A stretch of DNA of 64,000 nt from Snowella sp. (GTDB taxonomy: Bacteria; Cyanobacteriota; Cyanobacteriia; Cyanobacteriales; Microcystaceae): contig JAYKGY010000019.1 of NCBI GenBank assembly GCA_035285545.1, forward strand, positions 32,001 through 96,000, given 5' to 3'. A program made the position numbers and the translations under genes. Below the pieces are notes generated by a model. That model did no database searches. It worked only from the letters and a program-made list of their open reading frames with translations, and was not told where the DNA came from. Below, in pieces: positions 41,316 through 50,248 of the stretch; the stretch's first letter is position 1; the number at the start of each line of letters is the position of its first letter.

Positions 41316-41635
41316 AGTGAATTATGCGTTTTACTCCTCAAAAATTGACCTTCAATTTACCAAAAAATACTTCAAAAATCTAGCTTTTTTGTAATCTAGT
41401 TAGCAAAATTTATATTTTTTTAAGATTTGTTTAATTTATGAATTGCGCTGAATTAATAAGAATAAAAACATTAAAATAGAATACATTTTCATATATTTAG
41501 AGCTAACACACTATACAAATCCAGCATGATCACCCAAGGGCAAAAATGATAAATTCTGTTAATGTATTAGCTCAAATGTTATTCAATAAACGGCAAGTAG
41601 ATGAGTGCTAATCCTAGAGAAATAGATTGCTTGCC

Positions 41636-43687
41636 TTAGTGACGGCCATTACCGTTGGCAGCTCCATTCCCATTAGTTACGAGGACGTTATTGGCTAGTT
41701 TTTCAGGAACTTCTTGCAGATGGTCGTATTCCCAGGTAAAGGTTCCGACTCCCAAGGTCAGCGATCGCAACTCGACAATTAAGTTTTGCATTTCCGACTG
41801 GGGCAATAACACTTGAATTTGATCCCAAGCTTTCCAATCGGGACGACCTTCATACCCTAAAATTTGTCCCCGATGGCCACTGACTAATTGCAAGGCTCTG
41901 GAAGTAAATTCTGACGGAATCGAGACAACTACCGAAAGGATCGGCTCAAGCAAGACAGGCTGACACTTGGGCATTCCTTCGGTCATGGCAATGCGGGCTG
42001 CTTGTTTAAAAGCTTGTTCTGAACTATCGACGTTGTGATAGGAACCATCGGTTAGGGTGACATCAATATCCACAACGGGAAAACCTAAAGGCCCATGATG
42101 CAGATATTCCCGCACGCCCATTTCAACGCCTGGAATATATTGACGAGGAACGGCTCCCCCCACAATGGTTTCGTGGAATTGGAACTCACTGCCGCGTTCT
42201 AGGGGTTTGATTTCGAGATGCACATCCCCAAAAGCTCCGTGTCCGCCGGTTTGGTGTTTATAGCGACCATGAATTTTGGTACTGCTCCGAATGGTTTCTT
42301 TGTAGGGAACCTGGGGAAGATGGGTGGTCATCGGTAGGTTATATTTACGGCGCAGTCGGTCTAAGGCGACTTTGAGGTGAATTTCCCCCTGACCCCAGAG
42401 AATAACTTCCTGCGTATCGCCGTGTTGCTCCCATTTTAAGGATGGGTCTTCTTCTAGGAGTTTTTGGATTGCCGCACTGAGTTTGACTTCATCTTTGCGG
42501 TTTTCGGGCGCGATCGCCAAGGCATAGACGGGTTCTAGAATCTCCGCTTTGGGAAGGGATTTAACGGTTTTCCCTGTGGTAGCCGTATCGCCGGTTTGGA
42601 TTTTTTCTAAGCGACCAACTGCGACAATTTCCCCGACCGAGGCACTTTGTAAGGATTTTTGTTGTTGACCACAGAGCCGATATAAACCACTAATTCGGAC
42701 TCCGTTAAGCGTTGCCCCATCATTCAAGGTTCCCTGCCAAACTCGTACTAAGGACAAGCGGCCGCCTTGTTGAGTGAAATAAGTTTTCAGGACTTGAATA
42801 ACGGTTTCGCCACTGTCTTTGCTATCAAAGCCACGACGTTCTGCGGTAACGGTGGGGGCAGGAGCTTCTTTAATTAAGCAATCTAGCAAGGGTAATACGC
42901 CATAATCCTGTTCGGCAATGCCAAAAAAGACAGGTACGATTAAATCCGCACTGAGTTCTTGTTTAAGATCCTGAAGAATTTCTTCCTGGGAAGGTTCAAT
43001 GTCTTCCATGAGTTCTTCTAACAGATGATCGTCAAAATTGGCTAAGGTTTCTAGCATTTCTTGACGGGCAAACTGTTCTTCATCTTTAAGATCGCCTGGT
43101 AAGGGAATGGGATCAGCGGGACTATTGGCGTGGTATTGGTAGGCTTGTTCGGTAACTAAGTCAATGTAACCAATTAAATGTTGTCCTTTATGGATGGGAT
43201 ATTGTTGGGGAACGAGGGGACGAGCGGAAACGGTTTTGAGGGCTTGCAGAACGTCCATGAAGTCGCTTTTTGCCCGATCCATTTTATTAATAAAAACCAG
43301 ATGGGGAATTTCCCAATCATCTAAAAATTTAAATAAGGGCGATAGGGTTAACACTTTATCGGTATCGGCTTCACAAACAACGATCGCGGCTCCGGCTCCG
43401 ACGAGGGCATTGTAGGTTTCTTGGGCAAATTCAATCGATCCAGGGCAATCGAGGAAGGTAAATTGGGTGTCTTGATAAACGGTACTAGCGGCACTCACTT
43501 CTACGCTCATTTGCCGTTCTTTTGCTTCGGGTGCATGATCACTGACGGTATTGCCGTCTTTAATACTGCCTTTGCGGGTAATGGCTCCGGTAACGAATAG
43601 CAAACTTTCGAGTAAGGTGGTTTTTCCACTACTGTAGGGGCCAGCGATCGCGACATTACGAGTATTTTCTGATAGATTTTGGCTCAT
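41636..43687 (-). CDS. Elongation factor G paralog (EF-G2-like)
   Basis: GPYSSGKTT, DCPG, NKMD, GQGEIHL, KHQTGGHG.FG, DGSYH.VDSSE.AF. Confidence 0.92.
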   Translation of the reverse strand: MSQNLSENTRNVAIAGPYSSGKTTLLESLLFVTGAITRKGSIKDGNTVSDHAPEAKERQMSVEVSAASTVYQDTQFTFLDCPGSIEFAQETYNALVGAGAAIVVCEADTDKVLTLSPLFKFLDDWEIPHLVFINKMDRAKSDFMDVLQALKTVSARPLVPQQYPIHKGQHLIGYIDLVTEQAYQYHANSPADPIPLPGDLKDEEQFARQEMLETLANFDDHLLEELMEDIEPSQEEILQDLKQELSADLIVPVFFGIAEQDYGVLPLLDCLIKEAPAPTVTAERRGFDSKDSGETVIQVLKTYFTQQGGRLSLVRVWQGTLNDGATLNGVRISGLYRLCGQQQKSLQSASVGEIVAVGRLEKIQTGDTATTGKTVKSLPKAEILEPVYALAIAPENRKDEVKLSAAIQKLLEEDPSLKWEQHGDTQEVILWGQGEIHLKVALDRLRRKYNLPMTTHLPQVPYKETIRSSTKIHGRYKHQTGGHGAFGDVHLEIKPLERGSEFQFHETIVGGAVPRQYIPGVEMGVREYLHHGPLGFPVVDIDVTLTDGSYHNVDSSEQAFKQAARIAMTEGMPKCQPVLLEPILSVVVSIPSEFTSRALQLVSGHRGQILGYEGRPDWKAWDQIQVLLPQSEMQNLIVELRSLTLGVGTFTWEYDHLQEVPEKLANNVLVTNGNGAANGNGRH

Positions 43688-44113
43688 AATTCTGTCAATC
43701 TTTTTTTATGTTTAATCTCTGATTTAATTCTGAGCTTAACCCATTGCTGGAGAGAGATACCTATTCTGCAATTTCTTTTAAACTAAAGGGTTTTTAATGT
43801 TAAAAAGCATGAATAAATGTAAATAAAATTATAAGAAATTTTTCAAAATTTTACGTCATCTTACGTCTTTTACCAAAAAATATTCAATTTATGAGCAATC
43901 TCAAGAATTCTCAGGATGGCATTTATAGATACACTCTATTAAGAATTTTATGTAATCAGATGCTTTCCAAGTAATCTTTTTGTTGGAAAGTTATATATGG
44001 AAATTTTGAAAACATCTCTATTTAAGCCAATATTATGCGAAATATTTCTGTATAATCGATAGTCATTAGGCAATAAATTAAGAAAATTGAGACTTAACTC
44101 GACAACAATAGTT

Positions 44114-45493
44114 ATGAAGATTTTCATTTCGTATAGTTGGCAAGATGTACCTCTAAGAAAAGCTATAGTAGGCGAGCTTAAGAGCGTCGACAGTTTTGAA
44201 GTTTTATTTGACGCGGAACGGGTACAGCCGTCTTCACCCATACACCCAACTATTTCAGATCTACTAGACAGGTGTGATATAGTAGTCGCTATTCTTACTG
44301 CTTCAAGTTTGGCTTCAAAAGAGGTACTTGATGAGTTATCAAGAGCTAATGATAGGAGAAAGCGGATATTACCTTTTTGTGATGAATCGGTAACTTTGGA
44401 TGAAATTCCACATTACTTAAGAGATATTCTTAAAATACCTTTCGCAAACTCTTCTTTTGACAACGATGTGGATGCGTTGGTTGCTTCCTTGCAAGCAATG
44501 CCGATAAATACAAGTATCACACCTAGCCCAAACTCAAAAAGTAACTTTGCACCATCAACAGTTCGTGAATTTGGAAATGTTGATTTTGTTTGGCTTCAGC
44601 GAAGTAATTTGGGGAGAGAATTACTTGAACAAGTGGTAGCTATGTGTAAAATTTTTCCCTTTTCTTGGGAAGAAGGATCTGGACAACATACTACTCCAGT
44701 TTTTATTTCGCCTAACACTTTTATTCCTGACGATTGGACACGTAATTTCCTACGCGGTCTTATTTCCTGCTCGGCTACTGCTAAAGAAGCTAAAACTATT
44801 GTAGAGATCGGTGTTGGTACAGGAATTGTTCCTATTGCACTCTCTTCAGCAGGCTTTAATTTTGATAAATACTATGGTTTTGATATAGATACCCTGGCTA
44901 CCCGTGTTGCCAGCCTCAATATAGCCTTTTATCAATTAACAAATAAAGTTGCTCTTCATGGAGGTGGTTCTATCTTTGAACCAGAAAGAAACTTCGATTT
45001 GGGTACTGAATATGCAGATCTCATTATTGCGAATGTTCCTCAAGTGCCATCAATGTCTACAGGGCCCATTAGAGATCTCTTTGATTACTATCATATGCCA
45101 ATTAGAACTAATGGATCTGACGAGGAAGAATGTGCTATGCAGGGTCTTTGGTTAGTGCGATCAATTCTTCAGCAATCATATTCTCGCCTACAGAGAGATG
45201 GTCGTATCATCCTGAATATAGGAGGACGACCTGGCCATGAAAATATTCATGCAATGATCGAGGAATGTGAATATGATGCAGAAATTCTTCATACTGAAAT
45301 TGTTGAACAAGATCCTGAAACAGATATTTCAGCTCTAGTTCATTTTGAAAAAACCCAGAGTATTGAGTACGAATTTTATAAAGACATGAGGGCTAGAATA
45401 AAAATATCTGCGCGGCAAGCCTATAGTCGTATTTGTGAAGGGCAAAAATGTTACCATAAACTCCATGTAATTGAAGCAAAATTAAAAAAATAA
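44114..45493 (+). CDS. TIR domain fused to a methionine S-methyltransferase (MMT/MmtN)-like class I SAM-dependent methyltransferase
   Basis: TIR: KIFISYS..D, CDIVVAILT..SLASKEVLDEL..A...RKRILP. MTase: FIPDDWT..F..GL, VEIGVGTG, YGFDID, ANVPQV, NIGGRPG, QDPETDISALV.FE, ISARQA, HKLHV. ATG 44114 chosen as start. Confidence 0.85.
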   Translation: MKIFISYSWQDVPLRKAIVGELKSVDSFEVLFDAERVQPSSPIHPTISDLLDRCDIVVAILTASSLASKEVLDELSRANDRRKRILPFCDESVTLDEIPHYLRDILKIPFANSSFDNDVDALVASLQAMPINTSITPSPNSKSNFAPSTVREFGNVDFVWLQRSNLGRELLEQVVAMCKIFPFSWEEGSGQHTTPVFISPNTFIPDDWTRNFLRGLISCSATAKEAKTIVEIGVGTGIVPIALSSAGFNFDKYYGFDIDTLATRVASLNIAFYQLTNKVALHGGGSIFEPERNFDLGTEYADLIIANVPQVPSMSTGPIRDLFDYYHMPIRTNGSDEEECAMQGLWLVRSILQQSYSRLQRDGRIILNIGGRPGHENIHAMIEECEYDAEILHTEIVEQDPETDISALVHFEKTQSIEYEFYKDMRARIKISARQAYSRICEGQKCYHKLHVIEAKLKK

Positions 45494-45657
45494 ATAATTT
45501 TTATGTATAATTCTAAAAACGTATTTGAAAAATTTTTCTGGATTTCTGAAGTCTTCATTTTTTTAACGAAATATCCAAAAAAATATCTTTTCGTTCAGTA
45601 AAATATTTTCCAAACATACTTTTAAACCAAACTAATAAATCAGTTTTAGGAGATTAA

Positions 45658-46131
45658 ATGAAATTCAAAGATTTGTTTGAGAAATGGAATTTAACTGGGC
45701 TAAAAATAAAAACTCCCATCATGGATATGGAGTGGAATCCCTCAGATCCTGATAGAGATGCTGCCTGGGATCTCTACATTGAATTGCTGACTCGTGTAAC
45801 CACGCAGACGCTACCAAGCGGCCATGGCTCTGAAAAAATAGCTCTAGAAAGTGTATACTCACTATTTGGACTAACTCGTCAAACTCTTAAAATGCACGGA
45901 CGGTCATGTGTTGAGTTTACTAAAATTTCAATTATTGTTTTGAATCAAGTAATTCGTCCATTTACTGCGAAATGGCATAGACTGAGTGAACAGAAAGCGT
46001 TTGATGATCCTAAAAAATGTCAAGAATTTCGGTCAGAACTTGCAGCATTGCAGATTCAGCTTAGAAATTATACGAAACTTCTTGCTGAATTAGCAAATGT
46101 TGAAGACTTAACAGAAATTGAAGCTGAATAA
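45658..46131 (+). CDS. Hypothetical alpha-helical protein
   Basis: 157-aa ORF with an AGGAG RBS; DRDAAWDLYIELLTRVTTQ, LNQVIRPFTAKWH. Confidence 0.8.
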   Translation: MKFKDLFEKWNLTGLKIKTPIMDMEWNPSDPDRDAAWDLYIELLTRVTTQTLPSGHGSEKIALESVYSLFGLTRQTLKMHGRSCVEFTKISIIVLNQVIRPFTAKWHRLSEQKAFDDPKKCQEFRSELAALQIQLRNYTKLLAELANVEDLTEIEAE

Positions 46132-46340
46132 TGAGAAAAATATTTGTTAGTTACTTTCATGAATTTTTCGTAATGTAAATTACATTAACACTGCTCTCTA
46201 AGAAGAATAGGAATAAACCTAGCTTATAATTGATGAAATGCTTTATTGCAAACAAAAGGCTTGATATTTGTTCGATGTTTGGAGTCTTAAAATCTGCCGA
46301 AAAACAACGCGAAACCCAATCCAATCAAGTCCAAATTGCA

Positions 46341-46437
46341 CTAAGTAGTCATGCAAAATAAATTACCTACTAGACAAGCCTAGAAGCTTTGCTATACAAG
46401 GATCGCTATGTATAAATAATTTTGCCGAGGTACTTAG
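46341..46437. mobile_element. MITE-like element (97 bp)
   Basis: Imperfect ~25-bp terminal inverted repeats: CTAAGTAgtcatGCAAAATaAaTTA versus reverse-complemented right end CTAAGTAcctcgGCAAAATtAtTTA. No internal ORF. Confidence 0.7.
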
Positions 46438-46472
46438 ATCTTTAACAAAAAAATTCACAGCTTTAAAAGACC

Positions 46473-46907
46473 TTAATTCGGAAAATATTCTGAATCTAGG
46501 ATCTGCTCTTCGGTAAAAGGGCAAGTAGCGGGAAAAATTTCTGGGCTGAGTTTGGTTTCTGTTACTGCGTCGCGTTTAGCTTTTTTATAACAGTCTTCGA
46601 GCTTTGAAGTTAGATAGGGTCTAAGACTTGGGCTATCTTCTAGGACTAACTCGATCTGGTCTCTTTGTTCGTTGATGGTTTTTATCCAACTGGTGCTTTT
46701 CTTTTGGGGCTGATACTGGCATTTGAGCAGGTGCATGATTAGGACTTTGAGACGGTTAAAAATTTCTCGTTTATCACTGCGGGTCATAGCTTCTATCTCA
46801 TCGATCAGGTTGTCCAAGTCAACGCTTTGGAGATCGCCCCGTTTGAGTGCGGTGATAGTTTGCTGTGTCCATAGATTAAAATCCGTATTATAAAGGGTTT
46901 GATTCAT
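46473..46907 (-). CDS. DUF29 family protein
   Basis: LY.TDF.LW, D..NLI.EIE, L..HLLK.QYQP, SW..TI.EQR, SPSL, FP..CPF. Confidence 0.93.
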   Translation of the reverse strand: MNQTLYNTDFNLWTQQTITALKRGDLQSVDLDNLIDEIEAMTRSDKREIFNRLKVLIMHLLKCQYQPQKKSTSWIKTINEQRDQIELVLEDSPSLRPYLTSKLEDCYKKAKRDAVTETKLSPEIFPATCPFTEEQILDSEYFPN

Positions 46908-46991
46908 AGTTCTTTAGTCCAGACGATTCCAACATATAGACCAATGCTGAGTTGAAGACAAAACATCAGCTACTAATTCAATCATAAAAAC

Positions 46992-47591
46992 TTAAAAACA
47001 ATTGCGGGGATTTCTAAAACCTTTAATAAACGCATTAGCCCGTTGTTTTGGGGTTCCGTGATGTTGAACATCGTAATAGTGATAGTCTCCGACCATTTTG
47101 GCGGCAATCATACCTTCTTGTAAATCACCAGGCTCTAAGACCCCCACGCGATCGGTCGCCGCAAAAAACATTCCGGCAAAACAGTCCGCTTGCAGTTCTA
47201 AACGGACAACGGGGATATTACGACGAAATAAGCCTAAATGCTTTTGGACAGAGTGGCCATATTCATGGGCAACGGCATAATAGGCGGCTGCATCTCCTTG
47301 CATTTCAGCTAATTGGGTTAGGGCAGGAATATTGAGATGAATAGAGTTATTTTCGGGGCAATAGTGGGCTAGTTCAGAGGGGCCGCAGGGAGTTCGTTCT
47401 ACCCGTCTGTGGGGATAAACCACAGGGTAACGGTATTTTATATTTAACTGTCGGAAAAAAGATCCCCAAAAGGTGTCTAAGGCGTTACTGACGCTCTCTA
47501 ATGTTGCATAATCCCATTCTGCTCTCACAGGCGTTACGATGCCCAAACCTAACGCGATCGCGGCTAATCCCCCAAGCCAAAAATGTTTCAT
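46992..47591 (-). CDS. Exported neutral zinc metallopeptidase (YpfJ-like)
   Basis: Signal peptide; AHEYGHSVQ, ELQADCFAG, HGT..QR. Confidence 0.9.
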   Translation of the reverse strand: MKHFWLGGLAAIALGLGIVTPVRAEWDYATLESVSNALDTFWGSFFRQLNIKYRYPVVYPHRRVERTPCGPSELAHYCPENNSIHLNIPALTQLAEMQGDAAAYYAVAHEYGHSVQKHLGLFRRNIPVVRLELQADCFAGMFFAATDRVGVLEPGDLQEGMIAAKMVGDYHYYDVQHHGTPKQRANAFIKGFRNPRNCF

Positions 47592-47672
47592 AATTAATAT
47601 CGATTTACCGAAGCATGATAGATTTTACCCGTAAAAAATACTCAATAGTTGAAAAACTAAACACTTTTTGAA

Positions 47673-48050
47673 ATGACCGATACTATTCACGTCCAAGGCA
47701 TTCGTTGCTATGGCTATATAGGCTTGTTACCCGAAGAACAGGTGCTAGGCCAATGGTTTGAAGTAAACCTGACCCTTTGGGTCGATCTGACCACTGCGGG
47801 GAAAAGCGATCAAATCCAAGATACCGTCGATTACCGACAGGCGATCGCCCTCACCAAACAATTGATTTCTCAAGAAAAATTTGCCCTAGTCGAAAAATTG
47901 GCCCAAGCGATCGCGGATGCAGTCCTTACCATTGATTTAGTCGAACAAGTCCGAGTACAACTCATTAAGGTTTCGCCGCCCATTCCCGATTTTGGTGGGA
48001 GTATTGTAATTGACATTAAACGGGCTAAAAATAAAGAAAAGCTTAACTAA
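47673..48050 (+). CDS. folB: Dihydroneopterin aldolase
   Basis: YGYIG.LPEE..LGQ.F, SD.I.DTVDY, LVEKLA, K..PPI. Confidence 0.94.
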   Translation: MTDTIHVQGIRCYGYIGLLPEEQVLGQWFEVNLTLWVDLTTAGKSDQIQDTVDYRQAIALTKQLISQEKFALVEKLAQAIADAVLTIDLVEQVRVQLIKVSPPIPDFGGSIVIDIKRAKNKEKLN

Positions 48051-48392
48051 TTAGGGATTATTACAAGCTGTAAAGATAGTGATACAGATTTAGGAACTGA
48101 TGGGAAAATTTAAACTAAGAGCAAAGCCATTAAATCTTTAAGAAATTATGACATTCAGTGACCGAATAACGAATTAAAAATCACCTTCAAATCCAAGTTA
48201 ATTCTGGAAATAACTGAGTAAAACTGCTGGTATTTCAAGAATTACTGATTATTCATTCACAGTAATTACAGAAGATTCTGAATCAAATAAACCTTAAATT
48301 AAAGGAGGAATCCTCTGATGAATCTTGATCGGAAAAACTTCTTTAAGAAAAGCTTTGCTCTAATTTTGTCGTTGCTCAGGAGATCACACACT

Positions 48393-48569
48393 ATGTTTTG
48401 GAAAATTAGACAAATGGGAGGCGTTATTTGGCAGTATGTGAATCAGCCAGTTTTTAGCCCACGACAAGATGCCATTTGGAAACCGAGTCGCTTTTGGTAC
48501 GTTTATAAAATTCAATTACTCGAAAACTGTTGGCAAATGAGCGGTTCAGAAAGTCATTCCAATTCTTGA
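48393..48569 (+). CDS. Small Trp-rich hypothetical protein (58 aa)
   Basis: ATG 48393 with AGGAG upstream; WQYVNQPVF, WKPSRFW. An alternative start lies at 48318. Confidence 0.55.
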   Translation: MFWKIRQMGGVIWQYVNQPVFSPRQDAIWKPSRFWYVYKIQLLENCWQMSGSESHSNS

Positions 48570-48611
48570 GTCGCCTAATAGTAAGCATTCGCTGATTAGG
48601 TTTGTCAAAAC

Positions 48612-48659
48612 ATTGATTATGGCCTATGATATGAGCAGGAATATTACGCTTTAATCTAT
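48612..48659. promoter_or_regulatory. Probable NdhR autoregulatory operator
   Basis: ATTG-N8-CTAT (48612-48627) and TTAC-N8-CTAT (48644-48659) resemble the ATAG-N8-CTAT LysR/NdhR motif directly upstream of ndhR. Confidence 0.55.
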
Positions 48660-48701
48660 GGCTGATATTTTTGATCAGCGAATCGTTAGGAAAAAAGTCC
48701 C

Positions 48702-49631
48702 TTGATTCAAGCCACTCTACACCAGTTAAAAGTTTTTGAAGCTACGGCTCGTCATGGTAGCTTTACTCGTGCTGCCGAAGAACTCTTCATTACCCAGCCC
48801 ACCGTCTCTAGCCAAATTAAGCAATTATCTAAGGCGGTCGGTTTGCCCCTATTTGAGCAAATTGGCAAACGTCTTTTTCTGACGGAAGCGGGTCAGGAAT
48901 TATTAGCCACCTGTCAGGATATCTTCAATCGCCTAGATAATTTTGAAATGAAAATCGCGGATTTTAAGGGAACAAAACAAGGTTGCCTGAAACTTGCTGT
49001 GATTACGACGGCTAAATATTTTATTCCCCGTATCTTAGGCTCTTTCTGCCAAACCTATCCTGGGATTGATGTGTCTTTAAAGGTGACCAACCACCAACAA
49101 ATCCAGCGTCGGATGCACGATAACGAAGATGATCTCTACATCGTCAGTCAGCCTCCCGAAGATTTAGATTTGACGTTCCAACCGTTTTTAGATAATCCCT
49201 TGGTGGTTATTGCCCGTCGGGATCACCCCTTAGCTGGCATTCCCCAAATTCCCATCGACAAGTTAAATGATGAAGCGTTTATCGTGCGAGAAAAGGGATC
49301 GGGAACTCGTCAAGCAGTACAGGCATTATTCAATCAATATAATGTTAAAGTTCATGTGCGCCTAGAACTCGGTAGCAATGAAGCCATTAAACAGGCGATC
49401 GCGGGCGGTATGGGGCTATCGGTGTTATCGGAACATACCTTAATTTCTGAAGGCAAACAAAGTGAACTCACCATCTTAGATGTGGAACATTTTCCGATTA
49501 AGCGACGTTGGTACGTAGCCCATTTAACAGGTAAACAGTTATCGGTGATTGCCCAAACCTTCTTAGAGTATTTATTAGAAGAAAGTCAAAAAATGCCTCT
49601 ACCGTCTTCCAATCTACTCACCCTCGTTTAG
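48702..49631 (+). CDS. ndhR: LysR-type Ci-uptake repressor NdhR/CcmR
   Basis: QATLHQLKVFEATARHGSFTRAAEEL..TQPTVSSQIKQLSK; closely resembles Synechocystis NdhR as I recall it. Confidence 0.88.
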   Translation: MIQATLHQLKVFEATARHGSFTRAAEELFITQPTVSSQIKQLSKAVGLPLFEQIGKRLFLTEAGQELLATCQDIFNRLDNFEMKIADFKGTKQGCLKLAVITTAKYFIPRILGSFCQTYPGIDVSLKVTNHQQIQRRMHDNEDDLYIVSQPPEDLDLTFQPFLDNPLVVIARRDHPLAGIPQIPIDKLNDEAFIVREKGSGTRQAVQALFNQYNVKVHVRLELGSNEAIKQAIAGGMGLSVLSEHTLISEGKQSELTILDVEHFPIKRRWYVAHLTGKQLSVIAQTFLEYLLEESQKMPLPSSNLLTLV

Positions 49632-49700
49632 CACGTTTCCGATGTTGAGCAATTTCGGTAAACCGTCCCTTAAGATTATCCTTGTTCGACACATTAGGCG

Positions 49701-50240
49701 TTGACTATGAAATTGATTGTTTCTCTGATTCTTACGGTCTGGATATCGTTGAGTGTAAATCTTTTGGCGTTGCAACCGGCGATCGCGGCTCCCAATCTTA
49801 CTCCGATTCCCGTTACTGCGGCATTGCCCTTTTTTCAAGATATTTTTCGAGGTTCGGTTCCTCCCAATCTGGGCGTTAAAAACGATCAACTCGCGCCTTG
49901 CCCTAACTCTCCGAATTGTGTGGTTAGCCAAAATGGAGACGCTCAACACGCGATCGCGCCGATTGCCTATCAAACAACGCTAGAACAAGCGAAAACCACC
50001 TTACTCAAAGTCTTAACCGTTGTCCCCGGTACAGAAGTCGTTGAACAAACCGACCATTACATACGGGCAGAATCCACCAGTAAAATCTTTGGCTTTGTGG
50101 ATGATGTGGAATTTTACTTTCCTGAAGATAACCCAATTATTCAAGTTCGTTCAGCTTCGCGGCTTGGGGATTCCGATTTAGGAGTTAATCGCAGACGAAT
50201 TGAGCAAATCCGATTAGCTCTCCAAGACTTAGGGGTTTAA
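49701..50240 (+). CDS. DUF1499 family protein
   Basis: LAPCPNSPNCVVSQ, GFVDDVEF, VRSASRLGDSDLGVNRRR. Confidence 0.93.
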   Translation: MTMKLIVSLILTVWISLSVNLLALQPAIAAPNLTPIPVTAALPFFQDIFRGSVPPNLGVKNDQLAPCPNSPNCVVSQNGDAQHAIAPIAYQTTLEQAKTTLLKVLTVVPGTEVVEQTDHYIRAESTSKIFGFVDDVEFYFPEDNPIIQVRSASRLGDSDLGVNRRRIEQIRLALQDLGV

Positions 50241-50248
50241 TTGCCAAC

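Noticed and set aside
44087..44113. TTG start given by the ORF track for the TIR-MTase
   Set aside because: ATG 44114 begins exactly at the TIR beta-A strand (MKIFISYS), which is the typical start.
43948..44241. Antisense ORF over the TIR domain, and the other short ORFs nested in or antisense to long genes
   Set aside because: Shadow ORFs of well-supported genes, with no recognisable motifs.
44114..45493. Reading the MMT-like domain as evidence of a DMSP biosynthesis cluster
   Set aside because: No aminotransferase, decarboxylase or dehydrogenase partners are nearby, and the TIR fusion points to a different role.
48068..48087. CTGTA-N10-TACAG palindrome as an NtcA site
   Set aside because: The spacer is 10 nt rather than the required 8.
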